From contig NC_043005.1 in assembly GCF_006345805.1 (NCBI RefSeq), positions 60,636,001-60,700,000 on the forward strand: a stretch of 64,000 nt of DNA, in the 5' to 3' direction. A program made the translations under genes and the position numbers. Of this stretch, positions 28,011-40,835 are shown one piece after another (the first letter of the stretch is position 1; every line of letters begins with the position of its first letter). Under the pieces are notes generated by a model. That model did no database searches. It was not told the DNA's origin and worked only from the letters and a program-made list of their open reading frames with translations. The stretch is from Octopus sinensis. Taxonomy: Eukaryota.

Positions 28011-30677
28011 AACGTCTTCTGCAAATACCACCTGGAATCTGAAACAATATTTTCGTTTCGGTTCTATAATGATCCAATTATTGAAATAATTGCTTACCTC
28101 CCTTGTTGCATGCTAGAAAGATAATTATTTGATTAGGGGAGTAGAGCCATCCCATTCCGTCATCCGGAATGGGACTTATATATATATGTGTGTGTGTGTG
28201 TACGTATCTGCATGTATTTATATGTATTATTTATTACGAGTGGTTAGCATGCATAAATAAAAGTCATATACACATACACACACATAGACACATGAGGCGA
28301 CACATATTTATACATAACAGACGCACGTACATAGTCACACAAAACCATACACATAGACGTACTCAAACATGCACACACAAGGAGACAGACAAGCACACAA
28401 ATACACGCACACACATACACATACACATACGCAAGCATGAACACACACACATTAGTTTGCAGAATGCATACCTACTTAAAAAGGTACACACATGCAAACA
28501 TATATATATACATATGCATACACAGATACATACATGCGTACACACATACGTGCATACATATGTGTATACACGTGTGCACTGAAGTACACTCAGGCGCATG
28601 CACAAACAAAAAGAACGCAGCTCTGATAACGGACAAGGTCAACGACTATTGAAAATGACGCAAGACGCAAAGAAACTTTTAGAATAAGTCAATGAATGGA
28701 AATCGAACTGGTGTTAAATAATAAGACACTAAAAGAGAATTATTCTCCTCAGATATAATAAGATATGATTCAACACACGAATTCACATAAATAATCTTGC
28801 AAACCAAACACAAAAATGAAATATATATATATATTGAAGTAGATAAATGAATTATCTTATTACGGATAATTCAAATGATTACCGATACCTGGGTAGCAAA
28901 AATCACAACAGAAAAAGCACGGTTGAAGTTATGACCATGGGGCATAAAATCCGTGCCTTTGTGCGGAAATTTGAAGTTTTATATATTTTGTTGGAGAATT
29001 AAGTTCCTCGATTTCCTGAAGAGAAGGCTGCAAAATGGACTCCTTATTCAATCCGAATTAGGGACTTTGCAGCCTTCGAAACATATGTAGAAAATAATAA
29101 AAAGGAATTTTGTTAAATCTTCGTTCAGCTCCATTTCTTCCTACACTTTATATATATATACACACACACACATGTATATGTATATGCGTATGTGTGTGTG
29201 TGTGTGTATCTACATAGGTGTTTATGTATGTATTTGTGTGTCTGTGTTTGTCACCCTACCATCACTTGACAACCGATATCGCTATGTTTCCGTCCTCGTA
29301 ATTTAACGTTTAGGCAAAAGAGAAATATATATATATATTTCATATATTTCCGCAATTCTAACTGATTTTCACTAACCTTTACACACACATTACTTATATC
29401 CCAAGGATGGCCATGCAATATAGCATATTACCCAGAACTACCCCCTAAATGGATATAGTTATTTTATATGAAGGGTATTCCATACTGTTTTAGGTTTTTT
29501 ATAAAAGTGAAAGGATTTTGTCTATTTATTTCGACTGTCCACCTGCTATGGTGACCAGGAAGAATGTACGCGATGAATCTCCAGTACCAAACCATCTTAA
29601 TCTCCATATTTAAACTGCGTTAAAATTTGGCAGGCTTATCTTTACCTATTCTGAGTTACTTGAAAGATGATGTTCGCTTCCCTCTCTTCTGTGTATCTTT
29701 GTTTCACTTTAATGATGCTTATTTACCCATTCATTACTGAATTTCGTCTATTGTCCATTGTTTCAAATACGCTTTGGTAATGTGGTTTTAGCCTTTTTTA
29801 AACAATCACATATGATTCGTCCCAAAGAATTAACCTTTAAATAAGAGTTTTGCTTCTACTAGCGAAAGCTATAGGAATCTTTCAGAAAGCTCCATTCCAA
29901 TGTAACTTTATGCAGCATTCGCTGTTAGTTTATGCGCAGGGTATGTGAATAAACAGAATAAAGGGGCTTTTACTAGTTTACCTATCCGAAAATTTAGCCC
30001 CCCTTTGCAGTTGAAAAAAAAATAAACACCCAGAAAGGAAGTTACAACGTTTTTTTTCAATATCATTACACTATTTATGTGGATGTTCCTGACAAGAAAT
30101 TTCGCGTTCAAGTAAAACAACTATATTTTTTAGTCATTAACCGTAATATACTACCAAAATAATTCAGTGTCTCTACTTTGCATCGCTTACCAACTTATAT
30201 GTTCTATGATTATGAAAGTGCAACGGCCTCCACAATAACCAACCTTCAATTTGGTTTTCCGTTCTTAGGTTAATCGGAAACATAGACTGTCGTGCTACTC
30301 AGGCACCTACTCGGTAGTTCAATTATTTGGTGAAAAAATAATACCAAACTAACTTAAAACGACCAAAGGGTGCGTGTGCTAGCATGTGTAAAAGATATAC
30401 TTACGTATTACTACAAAGGAAAAACCTGACCATAATTCATGTTATTTATGTCAAAACACATCGCCCCTAAAGTGAACCACTTCGATGAAATAATGAAATA
30501 AGTGATCCTGTTATTTTCGAGGAACTTACTTGAGAGATATAAATGTCTTGAGAGAGGAATGAAAATATAGAGCGAATCTGAATTAGAGAGACAACTGATC
30601 ATTAATGTTGATTCAATGAGGATTTGACGCACATCACCAAACTTCTCGCAAATAGCAGGCGATATTCTCACCAACCA

Positions 30678-30890
30678 AAAGGCGGCAAGCTGGCAGAAAC
30701 GTTAACACGCCGGACGAAATGCTTAGCGGTATTTCGTTTGTCTTTCCTTTCCAAGTTCAAATTCCGCCAAGGTCAACTTTGCCTTTCATCCGTTCGGGGC
30801 CGATGAATTAAGTACCAGTTGCATACTGGATTCGATTTAATCCACTGCCCCTCCCCCAAAATTTCGGTCCTTGGGCCTAGAGTAGAAAAA
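30678..30890 (+). mobile_element. SINE family B with 17-bp TSD
   Basis: Flanked by GATATTCT(C/T)ACCAACCA at 30661-30677 and 30891-30907; B-box-like GTTCAAATTCC. Confidence 0.88.
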
Positions 30891-31335
30891 GATATTCTTA
30901 CCAACCATATTATCGCCTGTTAAAGATTAGGTATATTGGACAATAATATCAATAATGTCAGTCATTATGTTACGCTACACCTCACCTGATAATACAATGA
31001 AACAATGAGACAACAATGCATAAGCGACCATGCTGCAAGACGATATAATAGGCAGAGTCTCCTCAAATGCCAGGAAGAGGAAATATCATATTGGAAATAC
31101 CAGTAACTTTTTTCCGTCTCATAAGGCTAAATATCTAATCTTCTCCTGCATTTGTTACAGCTCTACTGCTTTCGACATTTATTTTATTGTCTGTAAATTA
31201 CGAAACACATTTGACGCGTCCAAAGTTTTTAATAAAATGTGTTGCAATACGTGTGTGTGTGTGTTTGTTAAATGAAATGAGATAACGAAGCCGAAGTTAT
31301 GTGGAATTTTCAGGACATTTATAGAGAGACAGTTA

Positions 31336-31383
31336 GTCTTACAGCTGTTTCTGGGATATTCGAGATATCGCTTCATCAGAGAC
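31336..31383 (-). ncRNA. Minimal type I hammerhead-ribozyme-like motif
   Basis: Minus strand reads GTCT-CTGATGA-A-GCGATAT(CTCGA)ATATCCC-A-GAAAC-AGCT-GTA-AGAC: 4-bp stem I, stem II with one mismatch, palindromic loop III, GUA cleavage triplet. Extra A on each side of stem II. Confidence 0.6.
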
Positions 31384-32149
31384 GATGTGAGATCGTTAAA
31401 TAGAGAGAAATATTTGAGTTCAATATGAGGAGTTATTTTGGAAAAGGAAACAAATAAAGAGTATATAGGGAAATAGGAGAATGGATGTAGAAATAAAACT
31501 AGAAATGTATAAAGATGTTATAGTTGCAGTTCCATCATCCAATGCAAGTGGTGTGTCAAAGTGGTAGAAATGTTTCCTGCCTGTGGTATGTATATTTTGT
31601 CATCGCAAATGTAAAGTGTGGAGACCTATGTTCCATGTGCTGTTCAATCAAAGGGGTCTTGTGGTATGAGTAAAAATTTAAGATGTGAATGTTAAGATGA
31701 AGAATGTTAAGATGAGACGTGAATGTTAAGATGAAGAGAGGACAAAGAAAAATGTGAGGAAAGAAGGAAAGAAAGAGGAAGAGAAAATGAAAACAAGAAG
31801 AGAAAAAAGTGAAAGGGGAATTGTTAGTTGATGGTCAAGATATTAAGAGGGGAATGGGAGGGAGTAGGGAAGGGTAGGAAGATATAAGAATGTAAGTATT
31901 GAATAGGTGTCAGGTGGGGTGATATGTTTGAATGGCATTAAGGGATGGGTACAGAAAAAGGTATAGATGGGGGGGGGGGTTCTACAGTGAGTAATAAACT
32001 ACAAATGGGAAGGGAAGAATACTAAGAATGGTTAAGTATCTATAAATGGACTTATGTGTGTATTCTACTGGCTAATGTGATAGCGTGGACAAAAGGACCA
32101 CAAAGAAAGAAAGAGAGAGAGAAGTGTATATCAATATACGCTCGCACAC

Positions 32150-32150
32150 A

Positions 32151-32243
<93 letters not shown>

Positions 32244-32450
32244 TGTGCGAGTGCGTGTATGCATTATTATATAGGCCTGCATACTTGTGTATTTAAACCC
32301 GTACGCATGCATGCATATACATATACAAACATGCATATACACGTACATACATATACGCATACACATGCGCACATATACACGCATATATGCACGCGAACAC
32401 ACATACATACACGCATGCACACATACATACATACATACATACATACATAC

Positions 32451-32481
<31 letters not shown>

Positions 32482-32491
32482 CATACATACA

Positions 32492-32550
<59 letters not shown>
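32150..32550. repeat. Compound (TA)n/(TG)n/(CATA)n microsatellites
   Basis: Directly visible. Confidence 0.95.
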
Positions 32551-32553
<3 letters not shown>

Positions 32554-33564
32554 TAAGCACATACATCCGCATACGCATGCATATGCATACCCAGACTGGG
32601 TGTTCGTGTGTTTATGTATATGTTTGTGCCTGCAGCGATTCTCCCAAATATAATGAATATCAGAAGTAAATGCACAGTATTCTTTAAGGTATTATAATGA
32701 GAGGTACTAAATAAACATTACCCCACGATTCTTATTTATAGCTTACCATCAGGTAACCTGAACATGTTTTGTATTAAATTATGTGAAATTTTCTTTACTT
32801 TAATATTTTATGAATATTCATTTTTTCGTTCCAGCCATGATGCAGCGGTCATGATGGAGCACTACAGTGAAGTATTCTGTACCTCACATCAATGACCTCG
32901 AGATTAAGAGTTACAGACTATAAGTATTTCAAGAGAAATGTGTTTGTTTTAGTCTCATTCATTCTATTTCTATTCTGACTCCCTTGTGAATATTTCAACG
33001 ATTTTTCTTTTCGTTACTTATTGCAATCGTTATTTAAACCTCTCACAAGACAGATTTAAGAAAAAAAAAACTCATCTTATAAAATTTTCCAGTTAGTAAA
33101 ACGGATGCCGTCTACTTAGGTATTGATATTTTTATTGCTATGCAATATGCTATCAGCGCTGTCTTCCTTGAGCAACAAGAACTTTTTAGCGCTCAATTAT
33201 TTACCAAGCATCCCTTATAAAATCAACCTCATTGGAAGATAACGGAGATGCTAACTTACTGTAGCTGTCAACTAACTTTCTCATGCTGGGTGGTTGATGT
33301 GATTTCCAGTTTGAGCAAATTGATTTATCATTCTGCTTGTTGTATGGTCTCTAACTATCATTATCCATATTCGGGGTTATGTTTAGAAAAGTAGTACCAC
33401 TAAGGGTAGTACCCACAGTAATACTAGGTCCGATTTTTAAAAATTTATTTATCAAATTTTAAAAAATATACTTCCAATTCCTGATTATTTCAATTTCTCG
33501 AAAGACACCAGCTAGTAATGTGTTGTAAACTACATTACATAACAGGTAATTTCGTTTCCAATAA

Positions 33565-33797
33565 GGCAGCGAGCTGGCAGAAACGTCAGCACGCCGGGCG
33601 AAATGCATAGCCGTATTTCGTCTGCCATTACGTTCTGAGTTCAAATTCCGCCGAGGTCGACTTTGCTTTTCATCCATTCGAGGTCGATAAATTAAGTACC
33701 AGTTATGCACTGGCGTCGATGTAATCGACTTAATCCGTTTGTCTGTCCTTGTTTGACCCCTCTGTGTTTAGCCCCTTGTGGGTAGTAAAGAAATAGA
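33565..33797 (+). mobile_element. SINE family B with 18-bp TSD
   Basis: Flanked by TAATTTC(G/T)TTTCCAATAA at 33547-33564 and 33798-33815. Head GGCAGCGAGCTGGCAGAA...GAGTTCAAATTCC; central GTCGACTTTGCTTTTCATCCATTCGAGGTCGATAAATTAAGTACCAG. Confidence 0.9.
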
Positions 33798-34999
33798 TAA
33801 TTTCTTTTCCAATAAATCTACAATATAAATATTGTGAATGAAATCATACTGCTTTAGCACTATAATTTCACTCACATTAGCAATATTCCAGGCTATCATA
33901 TGTCAGACCCGTCATCTCTGCTTTTCCGAAATCGTATTTTGTTATCGTCAAGCAGAACTCTTATTCCACATTCTCACTCTGAAAACCATATTAATGTCTG
34001 ACTTCCCAATATCAAAGAACCTTTCGCAATTTCTAACTTTGTATCACACTGCGTGAGAGTACTTATCTCTGAGTGTGTATGTATGAGTGTGTGTTTATTT
34101 GTGAGTGTGTATGTGTTTGCTTGTGTGTGTGTGTGTGTGTGTGCGTCGGTGTGTGTGTGTGTGTGTATGTTCACTGAAACAGTTATATAGAACATTTAAT
34201 TTCCGGTTGATGCTTATCTGATACACTCAAACTGCAGATTATCTCAGAAAAATTATTACGTGTGATTATATAAATTTAGACGGCATCTAGCCCTTAAAGG
34301 AGAACAGACACTCCAAGTAAACCGAGATGCTAATGCAGATTTAATTCCCACCACAACAACTCTCAATTTATGTGTGTATTATTGCCTTCAGTTTAAGTTG
34401 CTAAAATAATTAAACGATACTCAAGCTAATATTAATGATTATTAGATACAGTCTGCAACAGCAGCACCTAAATGCGGCCTTCAAGCTATCGTTCACTACT
34501 GATTCTATTTTCATTTTGTGAGGTTCAGTGAGTATGCTGTCGCTGTTTTCATTCCACTCGTACATTTAAGAGTAGATAACTCTAAATTCAACGTTTTAGA
34601 GTAGATAACTCTAAATTCAACGTTTCGATTTCTTAAGAACATTCAGCCCGCTATGGTTACTATTATATTATAGTGTTATTTTTAATTTGTGTGCATATCT
34701 AATGAAATTTTTTAGAGCACGTGCAATATTCTAAAAACATGAATGACAGTCATATCCAGCTGAGGATATTTATTCAATCGGCAGAATTCTCCTTATGTTA
34801 CGAGTATGCGGTACTACAGTACTGAGGTTTGTAACCTATATGGTCAAGATATACCCACAGTAAGAGGATTTCAATCAAACCTAACCTAAATTATATTCCG
34901 CTTTCTTAAGTACGAACAATATTCACTTGCCTATACTTATTACGCGTAAGTTATCAGGTTGCTTTTATATGTTATATTTTTATATTATATTAAATTATA

Positions 35000-35190
<191 letters not shown>

Positions 35191-36225
35191 TGCATATACA
35201 TTTATGCTGAGATATGTATACACATATATGCAAAAGGAGCACACATGCAAGCAGATCTGCAAGTTACAAACAGATACATATCACATCAAATATTGAAAGA
35301 TATGGTAATGAAATTATATGAAAATAGTTTCCTTTTACGCATATTAACATTACGTAATCTAAGTCATATGTCTGCTCATGTAAAATTCTCTACGTTTGCA
35401 ATTCTTATATAAAATGTAACACATAAAAAAGTATCACTAATCAGAATCAAGTATTACATCTTACTCGATCACATTTGTGTTACGTTCAATATATTTTCTA
35501 TTTATCTGCAAGTATAGCCTTATTGATTACAGCTCAAGGATATAGACTGGAAATTAAAGACATTACATGTATGAGACTGATTTCTATCACTTCGACGATC
35601 GAACGGAACAATTAACACTTCCTATACGTATATAATTATCCAGACAATTTTCCGAGCTACGAATAAATTACAAGGAATTTTCCAAAACGACCATGTTAAA
35701 TACTGTGTCTAACATGAGAATTCTTGTGAAATTAACTTCAGTAATTGTATACTTACATGCATACCTACATACGTACATACATACCTGCATACATGCATGC
35801 ATACATAGATATACAACTAACAGTTATGCCCAAATTCCAGTGCGGTTGCCTAATAAGTAAAACTTAACTGGTAACTACAGCTGTTACAAATAACCAGGAT
35901 TGACCGTGTGAAAACTATATATTAAGAATTCGTAAATTACGGTTAAATATGGCTCACACCAGTGATTAATCATATTCTCTGAGTACTTCTGTAAATAAAT
36001 TAATATTTGGATAACGTGCTGTCTTCCTATCACACTATTTATCAAAATGTCTTTATCTATATCTTTATATCAATATGCATAAAAATGTATGTGTATGTGT
36101 GCGTATTTGCGTGTTGTGTGTATGTATATATGCATATATATACATATATATCCATATATAGATATATATATACATATACGTATATCTATATATATATATA
36201 TACATATACGTATATCTATAAATAT

Positions 36226-36258
<33 letters not shown>

Positions 36259-37501
36259 CGTATACATATATAAACATATATATATACATATATATATATA
36301 TATTTATGTATATATATATACATATCGACCTACTTACATGTCTACATCACTTCCTCCTTATATGTGTATGTGTGTGCGAATGTGTGTATGTGTGGTACAG
36401 TATACACTTATAAACACATATATACACGTTTACTCACTCGCGGACGCACACACACACATATATATATATATATTTATAGTGTGTGTGTTTGTGCGCACGC
36501 GTATGCGTGTGTGTTTCAGTGTGCCTTTATTATATGGCGATAATATTTGCGGCCACATTCTCATATGTAGAAATGGGCAATTGATCAAAGCCGATATGAG
36601 ACTACTTCTGTAGGGATGCTATATAAATCACTGTGAAAACAGGTGTCTGATGTCTTATCATTTTGGATATTGCTTATGAATGCCAATATTCATAAAAGAA
36701 TTGATTAAATCTATTCCAAATCTAAAAGTCTATTACATATAATTGCGCGAGGTTAGTAAGTGAATATATATATTACAAATAAAGTCACAAATTTTCATGA
36801 TGCATTTCATGAACAGTTGTGATTTATGCCACTAGGCGTGGCGAAGCAAGAACATAAAACTCATGAGCAAGAGTATGAAAGTTTTCAAGAATACGAGTAA
36901 ATCAATAAAGTCATTAATTATGAAGTAACTATGCTATACGTTTGACGTGAATGTTGGATTAATAAATGAGTAATGTTGAGGAGTGTAAACTTTGAATTGA
37001 TTTTCACAGTAATATAAGTTATGTTAAGTCTCTCACAGATGAGAAAATGATATTAGACATAATATAAGATTAAGTATAAACACACAGTTGGTATATATAT
37101 ATATATATATATATATAAGCGTTGAATGTTTCAATTATTTTTTATCTTATAAAGCACGAGTAAATAAAAACAAAATGAGTTTTACCAAACGAATTTGTTT
37201 CCACCTTCTGCTAATGAAGATACCACGTGTTCAAAAATCACTATGAGTAAAGGACTGCTGGAACTGCAGTTTTTGCCCAAATTAAAGAATATATTATGTG
37301 TATATTTCAATATACTGTTTGATTTTATTTACAAGTATCTGAAAATTTTAGTTTTATATATACATTTACACAAAACTACCTACCGACTTGCGTATATAGT
37401 AGATGCACACCACACATACGCATAAAACATGTATGTATGTATGTATATGTATGTATATATGTATGTATGTAAGTATGTATGAATTTATATGTTTATAGAT
37501 G

Positions 37502-37885
37502 TATCGTGGCACTCCGTTGGTTATGACGACGAGGGTTCCAGTTGATTCAATGAACGGAACAGCCAGCTGGTGAAATTAATGTGCAGGTGGCTGAGTACCC
37601 AACAGATACGTGTACCCTTAATATAATTTTCGGGGATATTCAGCGACACAGAGTGTGACAAGGCTGGCCTATTGAAATATGGGTTCAACAGAAACAGGAA
37701 GGAAGAGTGAGAGGAATTTGTGGTGAATGAGTACAGCAGGGTTTGCCACCACATCCTGGCAAAGCCTCGTGGAGCATTTAGTGTTTCCATTCAATAAACA
37801 CTAATACCACCCGGTCTTAGAGTCGAAACCACGATCCTACGACTGCGAATCCATTGCCCTAGCAACTGGGCCATTGCGCCTCCAC
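37502..37885 (-). mobile_element. tRNA-derived SINE family C
   Basis: Head GGCGCAATGGCCCAGTTGCTAGGGC...GGTTTCGACTC; homologous to 43152 over the 5' ~300 nt. Confidence 0.85.
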
Positions 37886-38235
37886 ATATGCATGTAAACA
37901 TATGTATGCATAAACCTGCATGAATAAATATTAAAAAACTGGAGATTTGTTAGAACTTCAAAGAGTTTTCTTTGCAGCAATCACCCGAGTCTCTAATTCC
38001 GAGTTCAAATCTCAACGACGCCAGCTTTTTTTTCACCTTGGCTGTTGATAAATAAATTATAGACCCTAAATTTTTGTCCATCATTCTCACATACTTTATG
38101 TTTATTTAATGTGTCTCTTCCGAAAGAGGAGTGTAAATGTACCCAGTACACGCCGTATGTCGTGACGATGCCTCTGAGATTCAAAGGATTTGTGACTCTA
38201 AGGCAAGGAGCACGTACACATTCAGATAAAGATAT

Positions 38236-38605
38236 TTACTCTTTTACTTGTTTCAGTCATTTGACTGCGGCCATGCTGGAGCACCGCCTTTAATCGAGTA
38301 ACTCGACCCCGGGACTTATTCTTTTTGTAAGGCCAGTACTTATTCTATCGGTCTCTTTTGTCGAACCGCTACGTAACGGGGACATAAACACACCAGTATC
38401 GGTTGTCAAGCAATGCTAGGGGGACAAACACAGACACACAAACACACACATATATACATATATACGATGGGCTTCTTTCAGTTTCCGTCTACCAAATCCA
38501 CTCACAAGGCTTTGGTCGACCCGAGGCTATGGTAAAAGACACTTGTCCAAGTTGCCACGCAGTGGGACTGAACCCGGAATCATGTGATTGGTAAACAAGC
38601 TACTT
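38236..38605 (-). mobile_element. SINE family A (3' part); its 5' end lies at 40836-40872
   Basis: The SINE sequence stops at GTAAACAAGCTACTT and resumes 2.2 kb later as GTAAGCTAGCTACTTACCACACGGCCACTCCTGTGCC. Confidence 0.9.
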
Positions 38606-40835
38606 TATTTCATAAATTTGTCATATAGACAGCACAAAGAGCTTTGCGAGCTGGACAAACACATTAATGAATGAAAATGGATTATAATGAATAAATGAGA
38701 GACAAAACCCAACACCCGCCGATTGGATTTTTCTCGAAAACATATTTTCTTTTTTTTATTTTAAATCAATATATGGTTTCGAACCTTTTACAAGGAGGAG
38801 GCACTAAAACCTCTTACTTAACATATTTTCTTTTTTCTTTCTTAAAACACAAAATTGAGGCTATAAACCACTACAAAATAGTCCAATAAGGTGAGGTTTC
38901 AAACTCTGTAACGAGGGTCTTTCACCTCCTACTCTTCGATATATCCATCGATATATTCATCATTATCTTCAATGCCGCTTGAGTTCCTGTATCCCTCCAT
39001 TTCCCATGCCTCACTCATGTAGGACATGTAAGTCGTGTAAGGGCCACCCGGCCATATGCGACACTCCTCCCCAAATCCTTTAAGCCTTTTCCACAAGGGA
39101 AACCTTATGACCTCCACAGCTATCTGCGGAGGCCATTCGGGATCCCGTGTGAAGAGCATATCTGCTGTTTCTTTATGTTCTACTATTTTTCCACCTCCCC
39201 GCCCTCGTAGAAAAAGATAATTAATTGATCATCTTTAAGGGTGGGGGTGGTTTCTTCCACCGTGGGTGGCACAACTTCGGGACATACAGTCGGCACATCA
39301 TCTCCCTGCTGAGATGACCGTTCTTCTTTCTTTCTTCCTTTTGTTCCTGGCTTCGGGAGAGTAGAGCTTTTCCGCTTTGTCCGGAGACTCTCCCCCGCCT
39401 CCCGAAGCCTTAGGTTCCTTCGGCGGGCAATTATTGTTGCTCGCCTTCTTCCTTTTTAATCCTTTTAATCCACCTCTCCTTTGACCGGGTAGGGGAGGTG
39501 GCATCTCGTGACTGTTCCAGGACCTTACCATGGTCCTGGGGGCAGTTCCTTTTAATGTGGCCTGGCTGCAGGCACGAGTGACACTTTGGGGGACGTCCTT
39601 CAAGTATCACCGGATACCTGCAGCCAGCCATTTTCAAGAAATCTGGAAAAACCATTTCTGTTGCGGCCGGTGGGGTCCACAGGGTCAAAATCGCTTTTGA
39701 CCATTCCCAATCGACCGCCGGCAATACTCTTACACTTAATAGCCTGGGCCCGCCATCTACCAGTCCCCGTCGGATGGTATCTTCAATCCAATCCGCTTCG
39801 GTGCCCGGGGGGAGCCCACATATCCAGGCTCGTATTAATTTTCCACAATATGACGGAGAAACAAGATTTCCTTGCCTTTTAAAGGCTGACTCACAAACTG
39901 GCGAGCCTTTTCCCCGTTGTCAAACAGCAACCATACGGTTGCATGTTTGAGACCACGGGATATATATTTTACTGAGGACAAATGTTCTTTAATTTCATGT
40001 TTTATGACTTGTTTTGGGAAGACGGTGATGGAATTAAGAACTTTAGAATATGTTCTAAGTACTAACGTCTTCTCTTCCATATCTTTTAACCATTGCTTAG
40101 GCGGGTTAATTTCCCACTCTAAGACAGAGTTTTTCTTTTTAAGTTCCTTCTCTGCCATGTCAAAAAACAGTTCAAAAGTAGTTCAAAAGACTAAAAGATT
40201 AAACTGAATAAAAATAAAACAATATAAAGGGTAGGGGAGGAAACTGAAATTAAAGTAATGAAAAGAATGAACCAAAAATTTTTAGAAAGAAAGAAATAAT
40301 AGAAGAAGGGAAAAGTAAAAGAAAAATCTCACAAATAGCACAGACAGGGAATCCTTTGTATATACTCCAAAAAGGTAATCCAAATGGCTTATTCTTATTT
40401 GTTTTTTGGGCGAGATACGCTCACTAGAATTCACAGGAAGAATTTTCAAAAAAATTCTCAATTCACCGTTACGGCCAAAATTTAGCACAACTGTAAGACA
40501 GTTAAAAAAATCATTCTAAATTTCTTTTAGGTACTCCTTAACAGGAACAACGCTATTTTCAAACAAAAGTTTGGCAGGATACGCCTACCAAACCAATAGT
40601 TTTCACAATTAAGTGAATAATATTTTCACTCAGCCTCCGGCAGACTTGAGCCTAGTGAGGACTTGTTGCTTGTAAAAATAATTTGCAACATACAACAGGT
40701 CCCCACTAGACCCCCAAAATTCTTACCTTACGGCTGAGTATTCAAAAGTCTTCAATTTAAGACGCCTTTCAAAAACACGTCATACATCTTCGGTGTCAAG
40801 TACAACACTGACATGCACATGCGCAGAAGCAACCT
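38606..40835 (-). mobile_element. 2,230-bp RT-less element with ORF1/gag-like gene and 15-bp TSD
   Basis: Imperfect TSD at 38591-38605 and 40836-40850. No TIR or LTR termini; 3' end at ATGAAATAAA. Confidence 0.8.
38929..40158 (-). pseudogene. ~410-codon ORF1-like CCHC zinc-knuckle protein with ~4 frameshifts
   Basis: Joined frames: MAEKELKK...ATVWLLFDNGEKARQF...YCGKLIRAWICGLPPGTEADWIE...VILEGRPPKCHSCLQPGHIKRNC...basic linker...MLFTRDPEWPPQ...DNDEYIDGYIEE*. CX2CX4HX4C knuckle is intact. Breaks near 39855, 39480, 39300 and 39185. Confidence 0.72.

Noticed and set aside
31500-31680. Possible Penelope GIY-YIG coding remnant upstream of the hammerhead motif
   Set aside because: All three minus-strand frames contain stops and give no convincing GIY-YIG or RT motif.
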